This document shows positions 42,732-52,107 of a stretch of DNA of 64,000 nucleotides, piece by piece; the stretch's first letter is position 1, and each line of letters starts with the position of its first letter. The DNA comes from a virus. The notes beneath the pieces were generated by a model. That model had not been told where the DNA came from, searched no databases, and was given only the letters and a program-made list of their open reading frames with translations. Where the stretch lies: the IMG/VR virus record IMGVR_UViG_3300045988_092303; one strand, given 5' to 3'. The position numbers were made by a program, and so were the translations under genes.

Positions 42732-43183
42732 TGTTAAAGACGGATTACAAAGATGATATTATTGCTAACGGAACAAAGAGAAAGTACACGCAGACAACAA
42801 ATTCTGACGGGACGATCTCTTTGACTGATGCTACGGAGTATCAGCAGGAGGGAGACAATTTTGGAGCAAAGGACATCAATGATACAAATATCGTTGTTAA
42901 TGGATTAAAAGGAGTCAAAGAAGCAGCTTTACTGGCTGCAGGATGGACGGGATCCGAAGCACCATATCAGCAGATCGTATTAGTTGATGGAATAAAAGAG
43001 GATGATTCACCGATACTTGTAAGTTTGTTAGCTGATGGAGCGTCAGAAGCAACGCAGAAAGCTTACAGTAAGGCTTTTGGAATTGTTTCTTCTGGAACAG
43101 GGACAACCTCTGCAGGAAGTGTCACTTTCAAAGTATACAAAAAACCAGCCACGGATATCACGGTCGGCTTGAAAGGAGTATAA
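42731..43183 (+). CDS. Tail fibre/baseplate accessory protein
   Basis: ORF track; ATG at 42731. Confidence 0.45.
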   Translation: MLKTDYKDDIIANGTKRKYTQTTNSDGTISLTDATEYQQEGDNFGAKDINDTNIVVNGLKGVKEAALLAAGWTGSEAPYQQIVLVDGIKEDDSPILVSLLADGASEATQKAYSKAFGIVSSGTGTTSAGSVTFKVYKKPATDITVGLKGV

Positions 43184-43186
43184 TCT

Positions 43187-43948
43187 ATGGGAATGATTTT
43201 AATGCCGGGCGGCGGTGGTGGAATTGATCTTGACCTTGTTACTGCGCTTGCAGGTGATGTACTTAGCGGAAAAGTAATTGTTGGGGCGGATGGGGAACCA
43301 ATAACAGGAACGCTTGCTTTAACAGGAGATGCAGGTACGGGAGATGTACTGTCCGGGAAGACGTTCTACAATGCCGATGCAAAAACAAAGCGTTCTGGAA
43401 CAATGGCGAACAGAGGCGCGTTGAACTGGTCTGGAAGTAATACAACAAAATCTGTGGATGCCGGATATTATAGCGGAGGTACACTAGATAGTAGACCATC
43501 GTATAATTCTGGACGTACTCAAGGACAGAATGATGTAAAAAATAGCCCGAATTCATACGGGCTATATACAAAGGCGCAGTATGATGCGAATTATAATAAC
43601 GGCTTAAACGCAAAAGTAAACAATTTATCAGTCAAACAAGAACAATTTAATAACAAGACAACAGATTCGAGCAAGAAAGCCTACTTCAATGTTGCAGCAA
43701 ATACAGGAAAACACTATGTAGTAGTAAGTGTCGTATCGAGAGCAAATACTACGGCGGATACGCTAAAACATTCTCTTGCTGTAACAAATGGATCTATAAG
43801 TCAATTACAACAAATTTTAAGCAACTCAAGTACCTGCGTTACTGTTTGGCACTTAGAAAAAACGAATTCATCTGCCGTTTCTACAATAACTGTTACCGCT
43901 GGAAGATCAGATGCTGATGCATTTATGCTTGTAATTAAATTAACTTAA
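43187..43948 (+). CDS. Tail fibre / receptor-binding protein
   Basis: ORF track; repeated GDVLSGK(V/T)F motif; last gene of the + strand structural operon. Confidence 0.5.
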   Translation: MGMILMPGGGGGIDLDLVTALAGDVLSGKVIVGADGEPITGTLALTGDAGTGDVLSGKTFYNADAKTKRSGTMANRGALNWSGSNTTKSVDAGYYSGGTLDSRPSYNSGRTQGQNDVKNSPNSYGLYTKAQYDANYNNGLNAKVNNLSVKQEQFNNKTTDSSKKAYFNVAANTGKHYVVVSVVSRANTTADTLKHSLAVTNGSISQLQQILSNSSTCVTVWHLEKTNSSAVSTITVTAGRSDADAFMLVIKLT

Positions 43949-44702
43949 AGACATACGCCACATATCCGATCATATCATCGACATCACCTTCTGAGCATCG
44001 GGATCTGTTATCTCTGATGCTCACATATTCACATTTTCCATTTCCGCAAGGAATTCTGCGGGCAATGAACACATTGTCCCCGTAAATGATGATGCTATCC
44101 TCGGTATGGCGTGGATTGCGGTCATTGGCGATTAGAAGAATGTCATATGGCGTGTAGTGCGGCATATAGTTGTCGACGGATGTTTTTATGCCCATAAAAA
44201 TTTGCGGCTTGATATTTTGCGGAATATCAGTGATATCAAGGGATTCAAACTCGCCGGAAATATGTAACGTGCCGTCTGGATGTTCCTCCAGATTCATCAC
44301 AGGGACAGTTTTTCTCCCTTGCCGGAAACCGCCCAAAGAAAGATCATATTGCCTGCGGACGAACCAGCGCACAAAATACTGATAGTGTTCAGGCATTTCA
44401 CGGAACATAGAAATGCAGTCCATGTCCTCTTCGGAAATAGTGTCAAGTCCGATTAGCTCATCCACTGTAACACCTATAGCCTTGGCTAAGAGGGCGGCAG
44501 TGGACAACTTACAGTCTTTGGAATTCTGGTACAACAGATTTTTAAGCGTGTCAAAAGAAATACCGGCGGATTCAGCCAATTCATGAATGGTAATATCTGA
44601 ATACTTTAAGCAAATATCCAAATTGTGACGTAAATTATCTGTAAAGATAGTGCTTTCTCTGGTAAAATGTCCCGATAATTTATACAAATTTTCTTTTTTC
44701 AT
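43935..44702 (-). CDS. CI-like repressor: XRE HTH + S24/LexA-like C-terminal domain lacking recognisable Ser/Lys catalytic residues
   Basis: ORF track; HTH ITIHELAESAGISFDTLKNLL. By-eye alignment puts VDNYMPH where GDSMxP is expected and IARRI where VKRL is expected. Confidence 0.6.
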   Translation of the reverse strand: MKKENLYKLSGHFTRESTIFTDNLRHNLDICLKYSDITIHELAESAGISFDTLKNLLYQNSKDCKLSTAALLAKAIGVTVDELIGLDTISEEDMDCISMFREMPEHYQYFVRWFVRRQYDLSLGGFRQGRKTVPVMNLEEHPDGTLHISGEFESLDITDIPQNIKPQIFMGIKTSVDNYMPHYTPYDILLIANDRNPRHTEDSIIIYGDNVFIARRIPCGNGKCEYVSIRDNRSRCSEGDVDDMIGYVAYVFKLI

Positions 44703-44901
44703 AGTGTTCCGTCCTCCCTCTTTAAAGTGTTAAAATATGCTTGTCTCAAAAAAGAGACATCAACTTCCGGCTGGGGGAACACTAATCCGCATGGTGTTTC
44801 CCCATACGAATAGCTTACTTTTTTCGGGAAAATCTGTCAATCTTTTCGCATACATAATCTTTCTGCAAAATCCGACACGGTTCGACAAGATTTGATTGAT
44901 A

Positions 44902-44931
44902 TTGGCAAAATAAGAACATATGTTCTATAAT
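44902..44931 (+). promoter_or_regulatory. Promoter with a LexA (Cheo/DinR-type) box in the spacer
   Basis: TTGGCA, 18 nt, TATAAT; AGAACATATGTTCT at 44913-44926 matches GAAC-N4-GTTC. Confidence 0.6.
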
Positions 44932-44982
44932 TCTATTAAGCTACTTTACGGCACATGCGGATTTTTGATTGGAGGGTTTTTA

Positions 44983-45093
44983 GTGAATGAGAAGGAAGTT
45001 TACCGACGACGAATTATTGAAATGGTTAATAGGATTGAGAATCCGTGTTGGCTACGTTCGATTTACATATTTATAAAAACACTTCTGGAATAA
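44983..45093 (+). CDS. 36-aa protein (GTG start), candidate SOS-controlled small antirepressor
   Basis: Own translation VNEKEVYRRRIIEMVNRIENPCWLRSIYIFIKTLLE; GTG lies 6 nt after GGAGGG. Confidence 0.45.
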   Translation: MNEKEVYRRRIIEMVNRIENPCWLRSIYIFIKTLLE

Positions 45094-45095
45094 CG

Positions 45096-45137
45096 AAAAA
45101 GACCATGTACTCACGTGTTGTACATGGTCTTTCTTTT
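45096..45137. terminator. Bidirectional terminator between convergent genes
   Basis: AAAGACCATGTAC / GTACATGGTCTTT, A-run on the left and T-run on the right. Confidence 0.8.
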
Positions 45138-45501
45138 AATTTTTTCCTGCAATCATATCAATCAATTCTTCAAGATGCGTCCATCCATCATCATCGAGCA
45201 TTGCAAGAGCATTGATAAGACGTCTTCTGAAATTAGAATCATCCATCTTAGAAACATTTCCCAAAAGCCTTGCAATTTCATCATTCTTGGTGGTCGGCTG
45301 AAACATTTCCCCGGTTCCGGTTCGGAGCCACTCTTCATTTACATTAAAAACAGAACATATCAATGCAATAGCAGAATCGCTTGGAACGCTTCGCCCCATT
45401 TCATAAGTAGCAACAGTGTTTCTCTTTACTTTTATTTTATCAGCAAATTCCTGTTGAGTGAATCCGAGAGTGTTTCTAATTTCTTTTATTCGCTCATTCA
45501 T
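45136..45501 (-). CDS. XRE-family HTH repressor
   Basis: ORF track; ATG at 45501 after GGAGGTG; IKEIRNTLGFTQQEFADKIKVKRNTVATYEMGR. Confidence 0.8.
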   Translation of the reverse strand: MNERIKEIRNTLGFTQQEFADKIKVKRNTVATYEMGRSVPSDSAIALICSVFNVNEEWLRTGTGEMFQPTTKNDEIARLLGNVSKMDDSNFRRRLINALAMLDDDGWTHLEELIDMIAGKN

Positions 45502-45564
45502 TTTCGCACCTCCTTTCCGTATTTGTATAATAACATAGAATGTTGAAAAAATCAACAAAAACTA

Positions 45565-45593
45565 TTGACAAATGTTTTTGACCGACTTATAAT
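45565..45593 (+). promoter_or_regulatory. Rightward early promoter
   Basis: TTGACA, 17 nt, TATAAT. Confidence 0.7.
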
Positions 45594-45623
45594 TGTTTTA
45601 CAATCAACAAGGAGGTGAGGAAA

Positions 45624-46136
45624 ATGGAAGGAGATGAGGAACGTCTAAAGAGGATTTGGACTTTGATGATAGGGAGGTGTCATGGTAATTACAAAGATGA
45701 TTCTTATAAAAGAAATGGAATTAAAGTTTGTGATGAATGGAGAAATTCTTTTGATGAGTTCAAACATTGGGCACTAGAAAATGGATATAGCTCTCGATTG
45801 CTGATAGATAGAATGGATACATTCGGAAATTATGAACCGAACAATTGTAGATGGATAACAAGGGAGGAAAACGCGAGAAACAAAAGAAACACAATTTTTG
45901 TTTTGTATGACGGAAAAGTTGTTAAGCTGTGCGAACTATGCAGAGAAAAGAGAGTTTCACTTTCTACTGTTTATTCCAGATTAAGAAATGGATGGGACAT
46001 AGAAAAAGCGTTATCTGAACCTGTGCGAAAAAGAAAAAGAAAAAAGTATGGTATTCGCAAGTCCGAAACAAAGAAAACAGGGAAAAAGTTGTACTGTGCC
46101 GTTCCGTATCAAAAGGCAAAGAGAGAAGAAAACTGA
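45624..46136 (+). CDS. Homing-endonuclease-like DNA-binding protein, degenerate HNH_3-like, paralog 2
   Basis: ORF track; LKRIWTLMIGRC..NGIKVCDEW..IDRMDTFGNYEPNNCRW..; basic tail. Confidence 0.6.
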   Translation: MEGDEERLKRIWTLMIGRCHGNYKDDSYKRNGIKVCDEWRNSFDEFKHWALENGYSSRLLIDRMDTFGNYEPNNCRWITREENARNKRNTIFVLYDGKVVKLCELCREKRVSLSTVYSRLRNGWDIEKALSEPVRKRKRKKYGIRKSETKKTGKKLYCAVPYQKAKREEN

Positions 46137-46166
46137 ACTCACGAAGTCAATAAAGGAGGTGATGGA

Positions 46167-46442
46167 ATGGCAAAAATCGAAATTAGACAGGTTGATGGGG
46201 AAAAAGGAATATTCACCGAAATTCTTATTGGTGGTCGCAAAATTGATGGTGTCAGAAGCTACGAATTAAAGCAAAAAGCTGGGGAGCTTCCTGTGCTGAC
46301 AATTGACTTGAACGCTTTTGAAATTGCGACAGACTTGAGGGTGCTACTTGTTAATCAGGACACTGCTGGAGAGATTAAAAGCATCAGATTCAAAGATGGG
46401 TATGAGGTTGAAATTGGCTCTCCTGTTACAGAGAGCCAGTAA
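46167..46442 (+). CDS. Hypothetical protein
   Basis: ORF track; SD AAGGAGGTG. Confidence 0.6.
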   Translation: MAKIEIRQVDGEKGIFTEILIGGRKIDGVRSYELKQKAGELPVLTIDLNAFEIATDLRVLLVNQDTAGEIKSIRFKDGYEVEIGSPVTESQ

Positions 46443-46443
46443 A

Positions 46444-46629
46444 TCATTTGTTGAGATTTTGAAGTATGGAACATTGTTTAGGACTGCGGCAACAGCCAGA
46501 TAACATTGCATATTGGCAGATTAAGCGACCGGTTTCAAAATGCTGTTTTTCCAAATCGGAAGAATCTGCCATTTTAATCTCAACAGAATAATTCTTGCTC
46601 TGTTTATCACAGAAGCCAGTAAAAACCAT
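46444..46629 (-). CDS. Hypothetical 61-aa protein
   Basis: Distal part of track ORF 46444-46890; ATG at 46629 follows AAGGAGGTG. Confidence 0.45.
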   Translation of the reverse strand: MVFTGFCDKQSKNYSVEIKMADSSDLEKQHFETGRLICQYAMLSGCCRSPKQCSILQNLNK

Positions 46630-46688
46630 AATAAGCCACCTCCTTAGTTGTTTTAAGGAGATTATACCACAGGAAGGAAGTGAATTGA

Positions 46689-46832
46689 ATGAGTGAAAGA
46701 GAAAAGCAGGTAGTTGAGAAACTGAAAGATGCAATTCCGAAGATGTCAGATTTTGACAAGGGTTATATTCTTGGGAAAGTTGAGAGCATGGCAGAAAAGA
46801 AGGAAAAACAAGAGAAGAAAGATGGTGATTAA
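46689..46832 (+). CDS. Hypothetical 47-aa protein
   Basis: Own translation MSEREKQVVEKLKDAIPKMSDFDKGYILGKVE.. Confidence 0.4.
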   Translation: MSEREKQVVEKLKDAIPKMSDFDKGYILGKVESMAEKKEKQEKKDGD

Positions 46833-46881
46833 ATGCTTGAAGTTCAAAGAATTTAACTTCTGAAAGGAGAGATAAGGAAGA

Positions 46882-47043
46882 ATGCAGCATGACATCGCTG
46901 GGTTAAAAGAAGCCCTCTACCAGCAAATTGAGAAACTGGCAGAGGAAAGCAACAGTAATTCTGCTGATGCGGAAACCAAAATTCGCATTGCGGGCGAAAT
47001 TTGCCGTATCACAGATACGATTATCAGGATTGATGCCGATTAA
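46882..47043 (+). CDS. Hypothetical 53-aa protein
   Basis: Own translation MQHDIAGLKEALYQQIEKLAEE..; SD AAAGGAGAG. Confidence 0.45.
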   Translation: MQHDIAGLKEALYQQIEKLAEESNSNSADAETKIRIAGEICRITDTIIRIDAD

Positions 47044-47212
47044 GTGCGGATTCGATACTGGATATATTTCTTTCTATGGACTTAAGCTCTACGAGATTTG
47101 ATACGCTATGTAGACTGCTTAATTTATGCATAGCACAACATTCATACTTGGAAATATACCACGCACAGTCATGTACACAATCCTTGAAATCGTTAAGAGG
47201 ACATTTACTTAT
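47024..47212 (-). CDS. Small Cys-rich protein; apparent non-canonical ATA start
   Basis: Track ORF 47024-47281. A strong SD AAGGAGGTG lies 6 nt before in-frame ATA (47210-47212). The ATG at 47281 has no SD and overlaps the divergent gene. Confidence 0.35.
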   Translation of the reverse strand: MSKCPLNDFKDCVHDCAWYISKYECCAMHKLSSLHSVSNLVELKSIERNISSIESALNRHQS

Positions 47213-47263
47213 CTTTATCACCTCCTTTATAGGAGAGTATACCACGAAAGAAGGTGAATTGAA

Positions 47264-48058
47264 ATGAATGAACCGGTACAAAGCAATATGCGTACTCCGA
47301 TTGAGATTGCGCTTGATATTGACGGCGAGGGGATGACTACGGCTAGAAAGCTGTATGAGTTTCTGGAACTGGCACCGCAGAATTATGCAAGATGGCTTAA
47401 AGCTAATATTCTTGATAATGAATTTGCTACTGAAAATGAGGATTATTTTTACTCTTCATCAATGAAGAGTGAACATGGAAGAGGCAATTTTGCCGAGGAT
47501 TACCGTCTGACAGCCCATTTTGCAAAGAAACTCTCCATGAAGGGAAATGGTGAGAAAGCAGAACAGGCAAGAGAGTATTTTTCGTTGGTTGAGGAAAAAG
47601 TTAAGCAGACTGTCATTGACCGTTCGCAACTGTCACCGCAGTTACAGCTTATGAATATGCTTGTCGAAAATATGAACAGGGCAGAGATTGAGCAGAAACG
47701 GCAGGCACAGCAGATCGCAAAGGTTGAGCAGACAGTTGACACCATAAAAGAGATATTCACAGAGCCTATTGGGGACTGGAAAGCGGAAATAAATGCGAGG
47801 GTGCGTGAAATCTCAATAAAGAGCGGTACTGACTATCAGTCTTTATACAGCCAACTTTACGGGGAACTGGAAACAACGGCACATTGCAGTCTGAAGAGAT
47901 TGCAGGATAACAAACGTTCCAGAATGGAGAAAGCCGGGAACACAAAGACGGCTATCAAGGATGGAACAACAAAAATTGCAATCATTTATGAAAAACCGCA
48001 GCTGAAAGCCATTTTTGAGGGAATCGTAAAGAGATATGCAATGAAATATTGCTCATAG
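47264..48058 (+). CDS. Antirepressor (AntA-like N-terminal domain + ORF6C-like C-terminal domain)
   Basis: ORF track; MTTARKLYEFLELAPQNYARWLKANI...DYRLTAHFAKKLSM. Confidence 0.7.
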   Translation: MNEPVQSNMRTPIEIALDIDGEGMTTARKLYEFLELAPQNYARWLKANILDNEFATENEDYFYSSSMKSEHGRGNFAEDYRLTAHFAKKLSMKGNGEKAEQAREYFSLVEEKVKQTVIDRSQLSPQLQLMNMLVENMNRAEIEQKRQAQQIAKVEQTVDTIKEIFTEPIGDWKAEINARVREISIKSGTDYQSLYSQLYGELETTAHCSLKRLQDNKRSRMEKAGNTKTAIKDGTTKIAIIYEKPQLKAIFEGIVKRYAMKYCS

Positions 48059-48072
48059 GGAAGGGAAACAGA

Positions 48073-48276
48073 ATGGGTAACATAAAGAATACGGCAATAG
48101 AGGCGTATCGTATAAGAACTCTTGATCGTAGTTTAATTACTAAAAAAAGCATGAAATGTGCAATTAGAAAAATTGCTGATGACGACGAAGATTTTGAAAA
48201 TATTGTTTTTGAATTGGGATGCTCTGTTTTAGCAAAAAGCATATACAAAAGGAAGCTGAAAGGGAACTATTCGTAA
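48073..48276 (+). CDS. Hypothetical protein
   Basis: ORF track; ATG at 48073. Confidence 0.5.
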   Translation: MGNIKNTAIEAYRIRTLDRSLITKKSMKCAIRKIADDDEDFENIVFELGCSVLAKSIYKRKLKGNYS

Positions 48277-48290
48277 AACAGGAGGCACTT

Positions 48291-48485
48291 ATGCGGACAG
48301 CACCATGCTTAAAGTGTGAACGTCGTGGATGCGGAAGTTACCATGATGAATGTGAGCAGTACAAAGCATTCAGAGCGGAGCAGGATGCATTGAGCGAGAA
48401 GAAAAAGAAGTTTCGAGGTGAAGATGTTCCGGCACGACATTACAGATGGCGAGAGCATTCACCTATCAAATGTCACAAAAAGTAG
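48291..48485 (+). CDS. Small Cys-rich protein
   Basis: ORF track; ATG at 48291 after CAGGAGG. Confidence 0.5.
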   Translation: MRTAPCLKCERRGCGSYHDECEQYKAFRAEQDALSEKKKKFRGEDVPARHYRWREHSPIKCHKK

Positions 48486-48495
48486 GAGGGAGCAA

Positions 48496-48972
48496 GTGAA
48501 AAGAATGGCAATAGCGGTAGTAATTGCATTCCTGTTGTTCGCCGGTTTTGCCATGATTGCAAATGCCGGAAGTGATCATCAGGGAGACTGGCAGGAGTAC
48601 ATTGAACGGCTTTGCGAAAGCAAAAACATTTCACCGGAGCTTGTGGAAGCCATGATAGAAAGGGAGTCTAGCTGGAACCCGGATGCGGTAAACGGTAACT
48701 GCGTTGGCCTCATGCAGGTGGACAAGGAAATTCACCGGGAACTGATCGGAGATCGGAATATGACTGACCCATACGACAACATTTATGTGGGAGTAACGCT
48801 TCTGGAAGAGCTGCTACACAAATATGGCGAGGTAGCACCGGCACTGATGTTCTATAACGCAGGATATTCCGATAATTACGGAGTCGGAGCATATGAGGAC
48901 GGAACACTTAGCAACTATGCTGAAGAAATTTTAAAGCGTGCAGCGGAACTAGAAAGATTGCACGGGAAATAG
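48496..48972 (+). CDS. Membrane-anchored lytic transglycosylase (SLT domain)
   Basis: ORF track; GTG at 48496 after AGGAGGGAG; N-terminal TM; ERESSWNPDAV..GLMQV...YNAG. Confidence 0.75.
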   Translation: MKRMAIAVVIAFLLFAGFAMIANAGSDHQGDWQEYIERLCESKNISPELVEAMIERESSWNPDAVNGNCVGLMQVDKEIHRELIGDRNMTDPYDNIYVGVTLLEELLHKYGEVAPALMFYNAGYSDNYGVGAYEDGTLSNYAEEILKRAAELERLHGK

Positions 48973-48984
48973 GAGGAAAAAGTA

Positions 48985-49095
48985 ATGACAATTTATATTC
49001 CAGAATTTTGGGCAGGCTTTGTAGCTTGTATCATTGCAGAGCTTGGTGCTTGCATCGCATACAGCTGGTATCTTTCACGGAGAAAGAAAAGATGA
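48985..49095 (+). CDS. 36-aa membrane peptide
   Basis: Own translation MTIYIPEFWAGFVACIIAELGACIAYSWYLSRRKKR; SD AGGAGGA. Confidence 0.4.
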   Translation: MTIYIPEFWAGFVACIIAELGACIAYSWYLSRRKKR

Positions 49096-49268
49096 AGCAG
49101 CCAAAGAGATTAACCAGAGAGCAGAAAGAAGCTGTGGCGGCAGCTAGATTTAATCCGGCTAACTGGATGCTGGTGGATGAAACGGAGTTTTATTTAAAGA
49201 TCATCCACAAAGGAACAGGTATTATTCGGTCGGTGGATAAGTTTAGAAGATTAAATTACAGGAGATAA
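49092..49268 (+). CDS. Hypothetical 58-aa protein
   Basis: Inner ATG of track ORF 49008-49268; ATGA overlap. Confidence 0.5.
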   Translation: MKQPKRLTREQKEAVAAARFNPANWMLVDETEFYLKIIHKGTGIIRSVDKFRRLNYRR

Positions 49269-49271
49269 AAA

Positions 49272-49388
49272 ATGAACATGGAAGCTATTACATTGCAGAA
49301 CTGCATTGACAATTATGAGAAAAAAGATCAGGCAGCAGTTATTAACGACGGTCAGGTGCTTGGATTTGAACAGGTGGAGGAAAAATGA
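49272..49388 (+). CDS. Hypothetical 38-aa protein
   Basis: Own translation MNMEAITLQNCIDNYEKKDQ.. Confidence 0.35.
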   Translation: MNMEAITLQNCIDNYEKKDQAAVINDGQVLGFEQVEEK

Positions 49389-49633
49389 AAGTGGATTTAC
49401 TGGAGGATGCGTATATATGCATCAGCAAAGACGAGTATCTCGATTTGGTAGATCAGGAAACCAGAGTGAATGTTCTGGTTGATTTGATAGCTGCCGGATG
49501 TAAGCCGAGCGGAGAGGAAATACTTCGTATCCTTGGAACGGAACTGGCAATCGTAACCGCAAACGAATTAAGGGAGAAAAGAAATGGAACTGAAACTTTT
49601 GCGAATGAAGCTGAAAAACTTCACAAAATATAA
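49385..49633 (+). CDS. Hypothetical protein
   Basis: ORF track. Confidence 0.55.
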   Translation: MKVDLLEDAYICISKDEYLDLVDQETRVNVLVDLIAAGCKPSGEEILRILGTELAIVTANELREKRNGTETFANEAEKLHKI

Positions 49634-51515
49634 CGAAAAAGAGATTGATTTCTCTAATATCACTAAAATTTCCGGCATGAACGGAGCTGGAAAGTCCAGC
49701 ATTGCGACCGCATATACTTGGGTACTGTTTGATTGCGACTACAATTTGAAAAGCAGTCCGGCAGTCCGTAGGGAAGTTGACGGGGAACCGGTAATGGATT
49801 CTGATGTAGAAGTAACACTGGTTTTTAACCTGGATGGGAAAGAAATTTCCATGCGGAAGGTACAGCACCGGACGATCAGCAAGGACGGAGCATCTTACAA
49901 AGATGATAATAAATATTTTATCAATGATGTTCCAAAGAAAAAAACAGAATTTGAATCATATCTTGGAATTGATATGGGTCTTTTGAAAAGTTGTTCCAAT
50001 CCAGAGGCTTTTCTTACTAAAAAAGCAGATGAAATGAGAGCATATTTATTCTCATTGTCAAAAGAGTTTTCGGATTTATCCGTTTGCCGGGAAAATGAAG
50101 AACTTTCAGAACTGGCAGAAAGGCTGAAAGATTACTATGTAGAAGAATTATCTGCAATGAACAAGAAAAAGAAATCAGACATCGAGAAAGAGCTTCCGGT
50201 TCTGGACGGACAGATTAAGGAGAAAGAACGAGATATCAAGTTGAAATCTGACATTGATGTATCTGATCTGGAATTGCAGAGAAATACATTGAAAGAACAG
50301 ATTGCAGAGAATCTGAAAAAACAGGCTGACAGTCAGAACATTTTGAAAGATTATGAAGCTGCGACTGCCGGAATCATGGAGCTGAAATTCAAACTGTCAG
50401 ATATGCAGAATCAGGCAAATAATGTTCTGTCAGAAAAAGTCCGGAAGATCAGAAGTGAGATTGCAGAAAAAACAGCTGAAAGGCGGAAATTAGAAATTGA
50501 GTCTGACAATTACAGCCGGAAAGTAGAAATTTTGAAAGATTCGATTAAAAGATTGACCGAAGATAAGCAGAAAATGGCTGAACTTTGGAAGCAGGAAAAA
50601 ACCAGAGTTTTTGATGAAAGTAGTACCGTGTGCGTGTACTGCGGGCAGGAATATCCAGAGGACAAGAAAAAACAGCTCCGGTCAGAGTTCGCAGTGCGTA
50701 AAGAAGCTGAGTTAAAACGAATTACCGATAAAGGAATGTCGTTGAAAAAGACGATTGAAGAAGATGAACAGGAAGTCGAGAAACTGAATGATTCTTTGAA
50801 AGAGACAACTGAAGATATCAGAAATGTCGAAGAAGGAATTCGACTTCTCAAAGAAAAAGAAGCCAAAATTCCGGTCGCTGCGGATATTTCCGGCACTGAA
50901 GAATATAAGAACATTCAGAAACAGATTTCGGAAAAAGAAAAATATCTGGAGCAGTTCAGCAATGTGGAAGAATTGAAAGTACAGCTTAAACAGGAAGAGA
51001 TGGAACTGAATGAGCAGCTGAGAGCTTGCGAACAGAAGATTGCACAGTCAGATACTTCCGCAGAAGAAGAACGGCTGGAAGAACTGAAATCCAAGAAACT
51101 TGACCTGGGGCAGAAAAAGACGGATGCAGAACATATCCTTGACCTTCTGGCAGAACTGGAAAAGAAGAAAAATGAGCTGCTTTCCGATGAAATCAACAGC
51201 AATTTTGGACTGGTTAAGTGGAAGTTGTTCGAGAATGCAAAGAACGGCAATTATAAGTCCGTATGCATTCCACAGATTGACGGAAAGTCTATTCTGACCA
51301 CAATCAGCAATAAGGGAAACCGGATTCTCGGAAAACTGGATATTTGCCGGAGCATCCAGAAAATCGAAGGAATTTCAGTTCCTATTTGGTTGGACGATTG
51401 CGAGTCGTTGGACTCCGAAAACCAGAAAAAAGTTATTGATATGGTAGACGGGCAGTTGATTATGTTGATCGTAAATGATGGCAAAGAACTAAAAGTGGAG
51501 GGAGAAAATGAGTAG
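49584..51515 (+). CDS. Rad50/SbcC-like recombination ATPase
   Basis: ORF track; P-loop GMNGAGKSS; long coiled coil with central CxxC hook-like CVYCGQEY; C-terminal WLDDCESLD. Confidence 0.65.
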   Translation: MELKLLRMKLKNFTKYNEKEIDFSNITKISGMNGAGKSSIATAYTWVLFDCDYNLKSSPAVRREVDGEPVMDSDVEVTLVFNLDGKEISMRKVQHRTISKDGASYKDDNKYFINDVPKKKTEFESYLGIDMGLLKSCSNPEAFLTKKADEMRAYLFSLSKEFSDLSVCRENEELSELAERLKDYYVEELSAMNKKKKSDIEKELPVLDGQIKEKERDIKLKSDIDVSDLELQRNTLKEQIAENLKKQADSQNILKDYEAATAGIMELKFKLSDMQNQANNVLSEKVRKIRSEIAEKTAERRKLEIESDNYSRKVEILKDSIKRLTEDKQKMAELWKQEKTRVFDESSTVCVYCGQEYPEDKKKQLRSEFAVRKEAELKRITDKGMSLKKTIEEDEQEVEKLNDSLKETTEDIRNVEEGIRLLKEKEAKIPVAADISGTEEYKNIQKQISEKEKYLEQFSNVEELKVQLKQEEMELNEQLRACEQKIAQSDTSAEEERLEELKSKKLDLGQKKTDAEHILDLLAELEKKKNELLSDEINSNFGLVKWKLFENAKNGNYKSVCIPQIDGKSILTTISNKGNRILGKLDICRSIQKIEGISVPIWLDDCESLDSENQKKVIDMVDGQLIMLIVNDGKELKVEGENE

Positions 51516-52107
51516 AGCATTGGATATGGCAAGAGAACTGGTTAAGAAGCTGGAAGAAGAGGAAGAGCAGTCAAAAGTGCAGCTTTCGACTTTGAATCCG
51601 GGAGAAATTTTCAAAATTGGGGAATACGACTTTGTGGTTTTGAAGCAACATGAGGAAACAACAGAAGTGATCTCCAAAGGATTCATGGCGGGAAATGTAA
51701 AGTTTGATGATGATTCAAAGGACTACAGTAAATCAAACCTTAGAAAAGTTATTGAGACAAAAATTCAGCCAGCTATTGAGGCGGAAGTAGGAGAGGAAAA
51801 CCTTGTTGAAACTGTTGCGGACCCGAAATCTGTAGATTCACAGTATGAATTTACCGGATGCAAGTGCAAAGTTAGACCGATTACGTTTGATGAGGCAAGG
51901 ATGTACAACAATTTGCTGGTTAATAAAGATCTTAACGATTGGTGGTGGACATGCACACCTTGGAGCACAGAAGACAGAGGATGGAAATATTCTATGACCG
52001 TTGTTTCTCCGGCCAGCGGTATCGGCAGCCGCATTTGCAACTACGGCAACGGTGTTCGTCCGTTTTGCATCTTAAAATCTAATATCTTTGTATCGAAAGG
52101 GGAATGA
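51508..52107 (+). CDS. DUF6273-like protein, paralog 1
   Basis: ORF track; ..DWWWTCTPWST...VVSP...GVRPFCILK. Confidence 0.45.
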   Translation: MSRALDMARELVKKLEEEEEQSKVQLSTLNPGEIFKIGEYDFVVLKQHEETTEVISKGFMAGNVKFDDDSKDYSKSNLRKVIETKIQPAIEAEVGEENLVETVADPKSVDSQYEFTGCKCKVRPITFDEARMYNNLLVNKDLNDWWWTCTPWSTEDRGWKYSMTVVSPASGIGSRICNYGNGVRPFCILKSNIFVSKGE

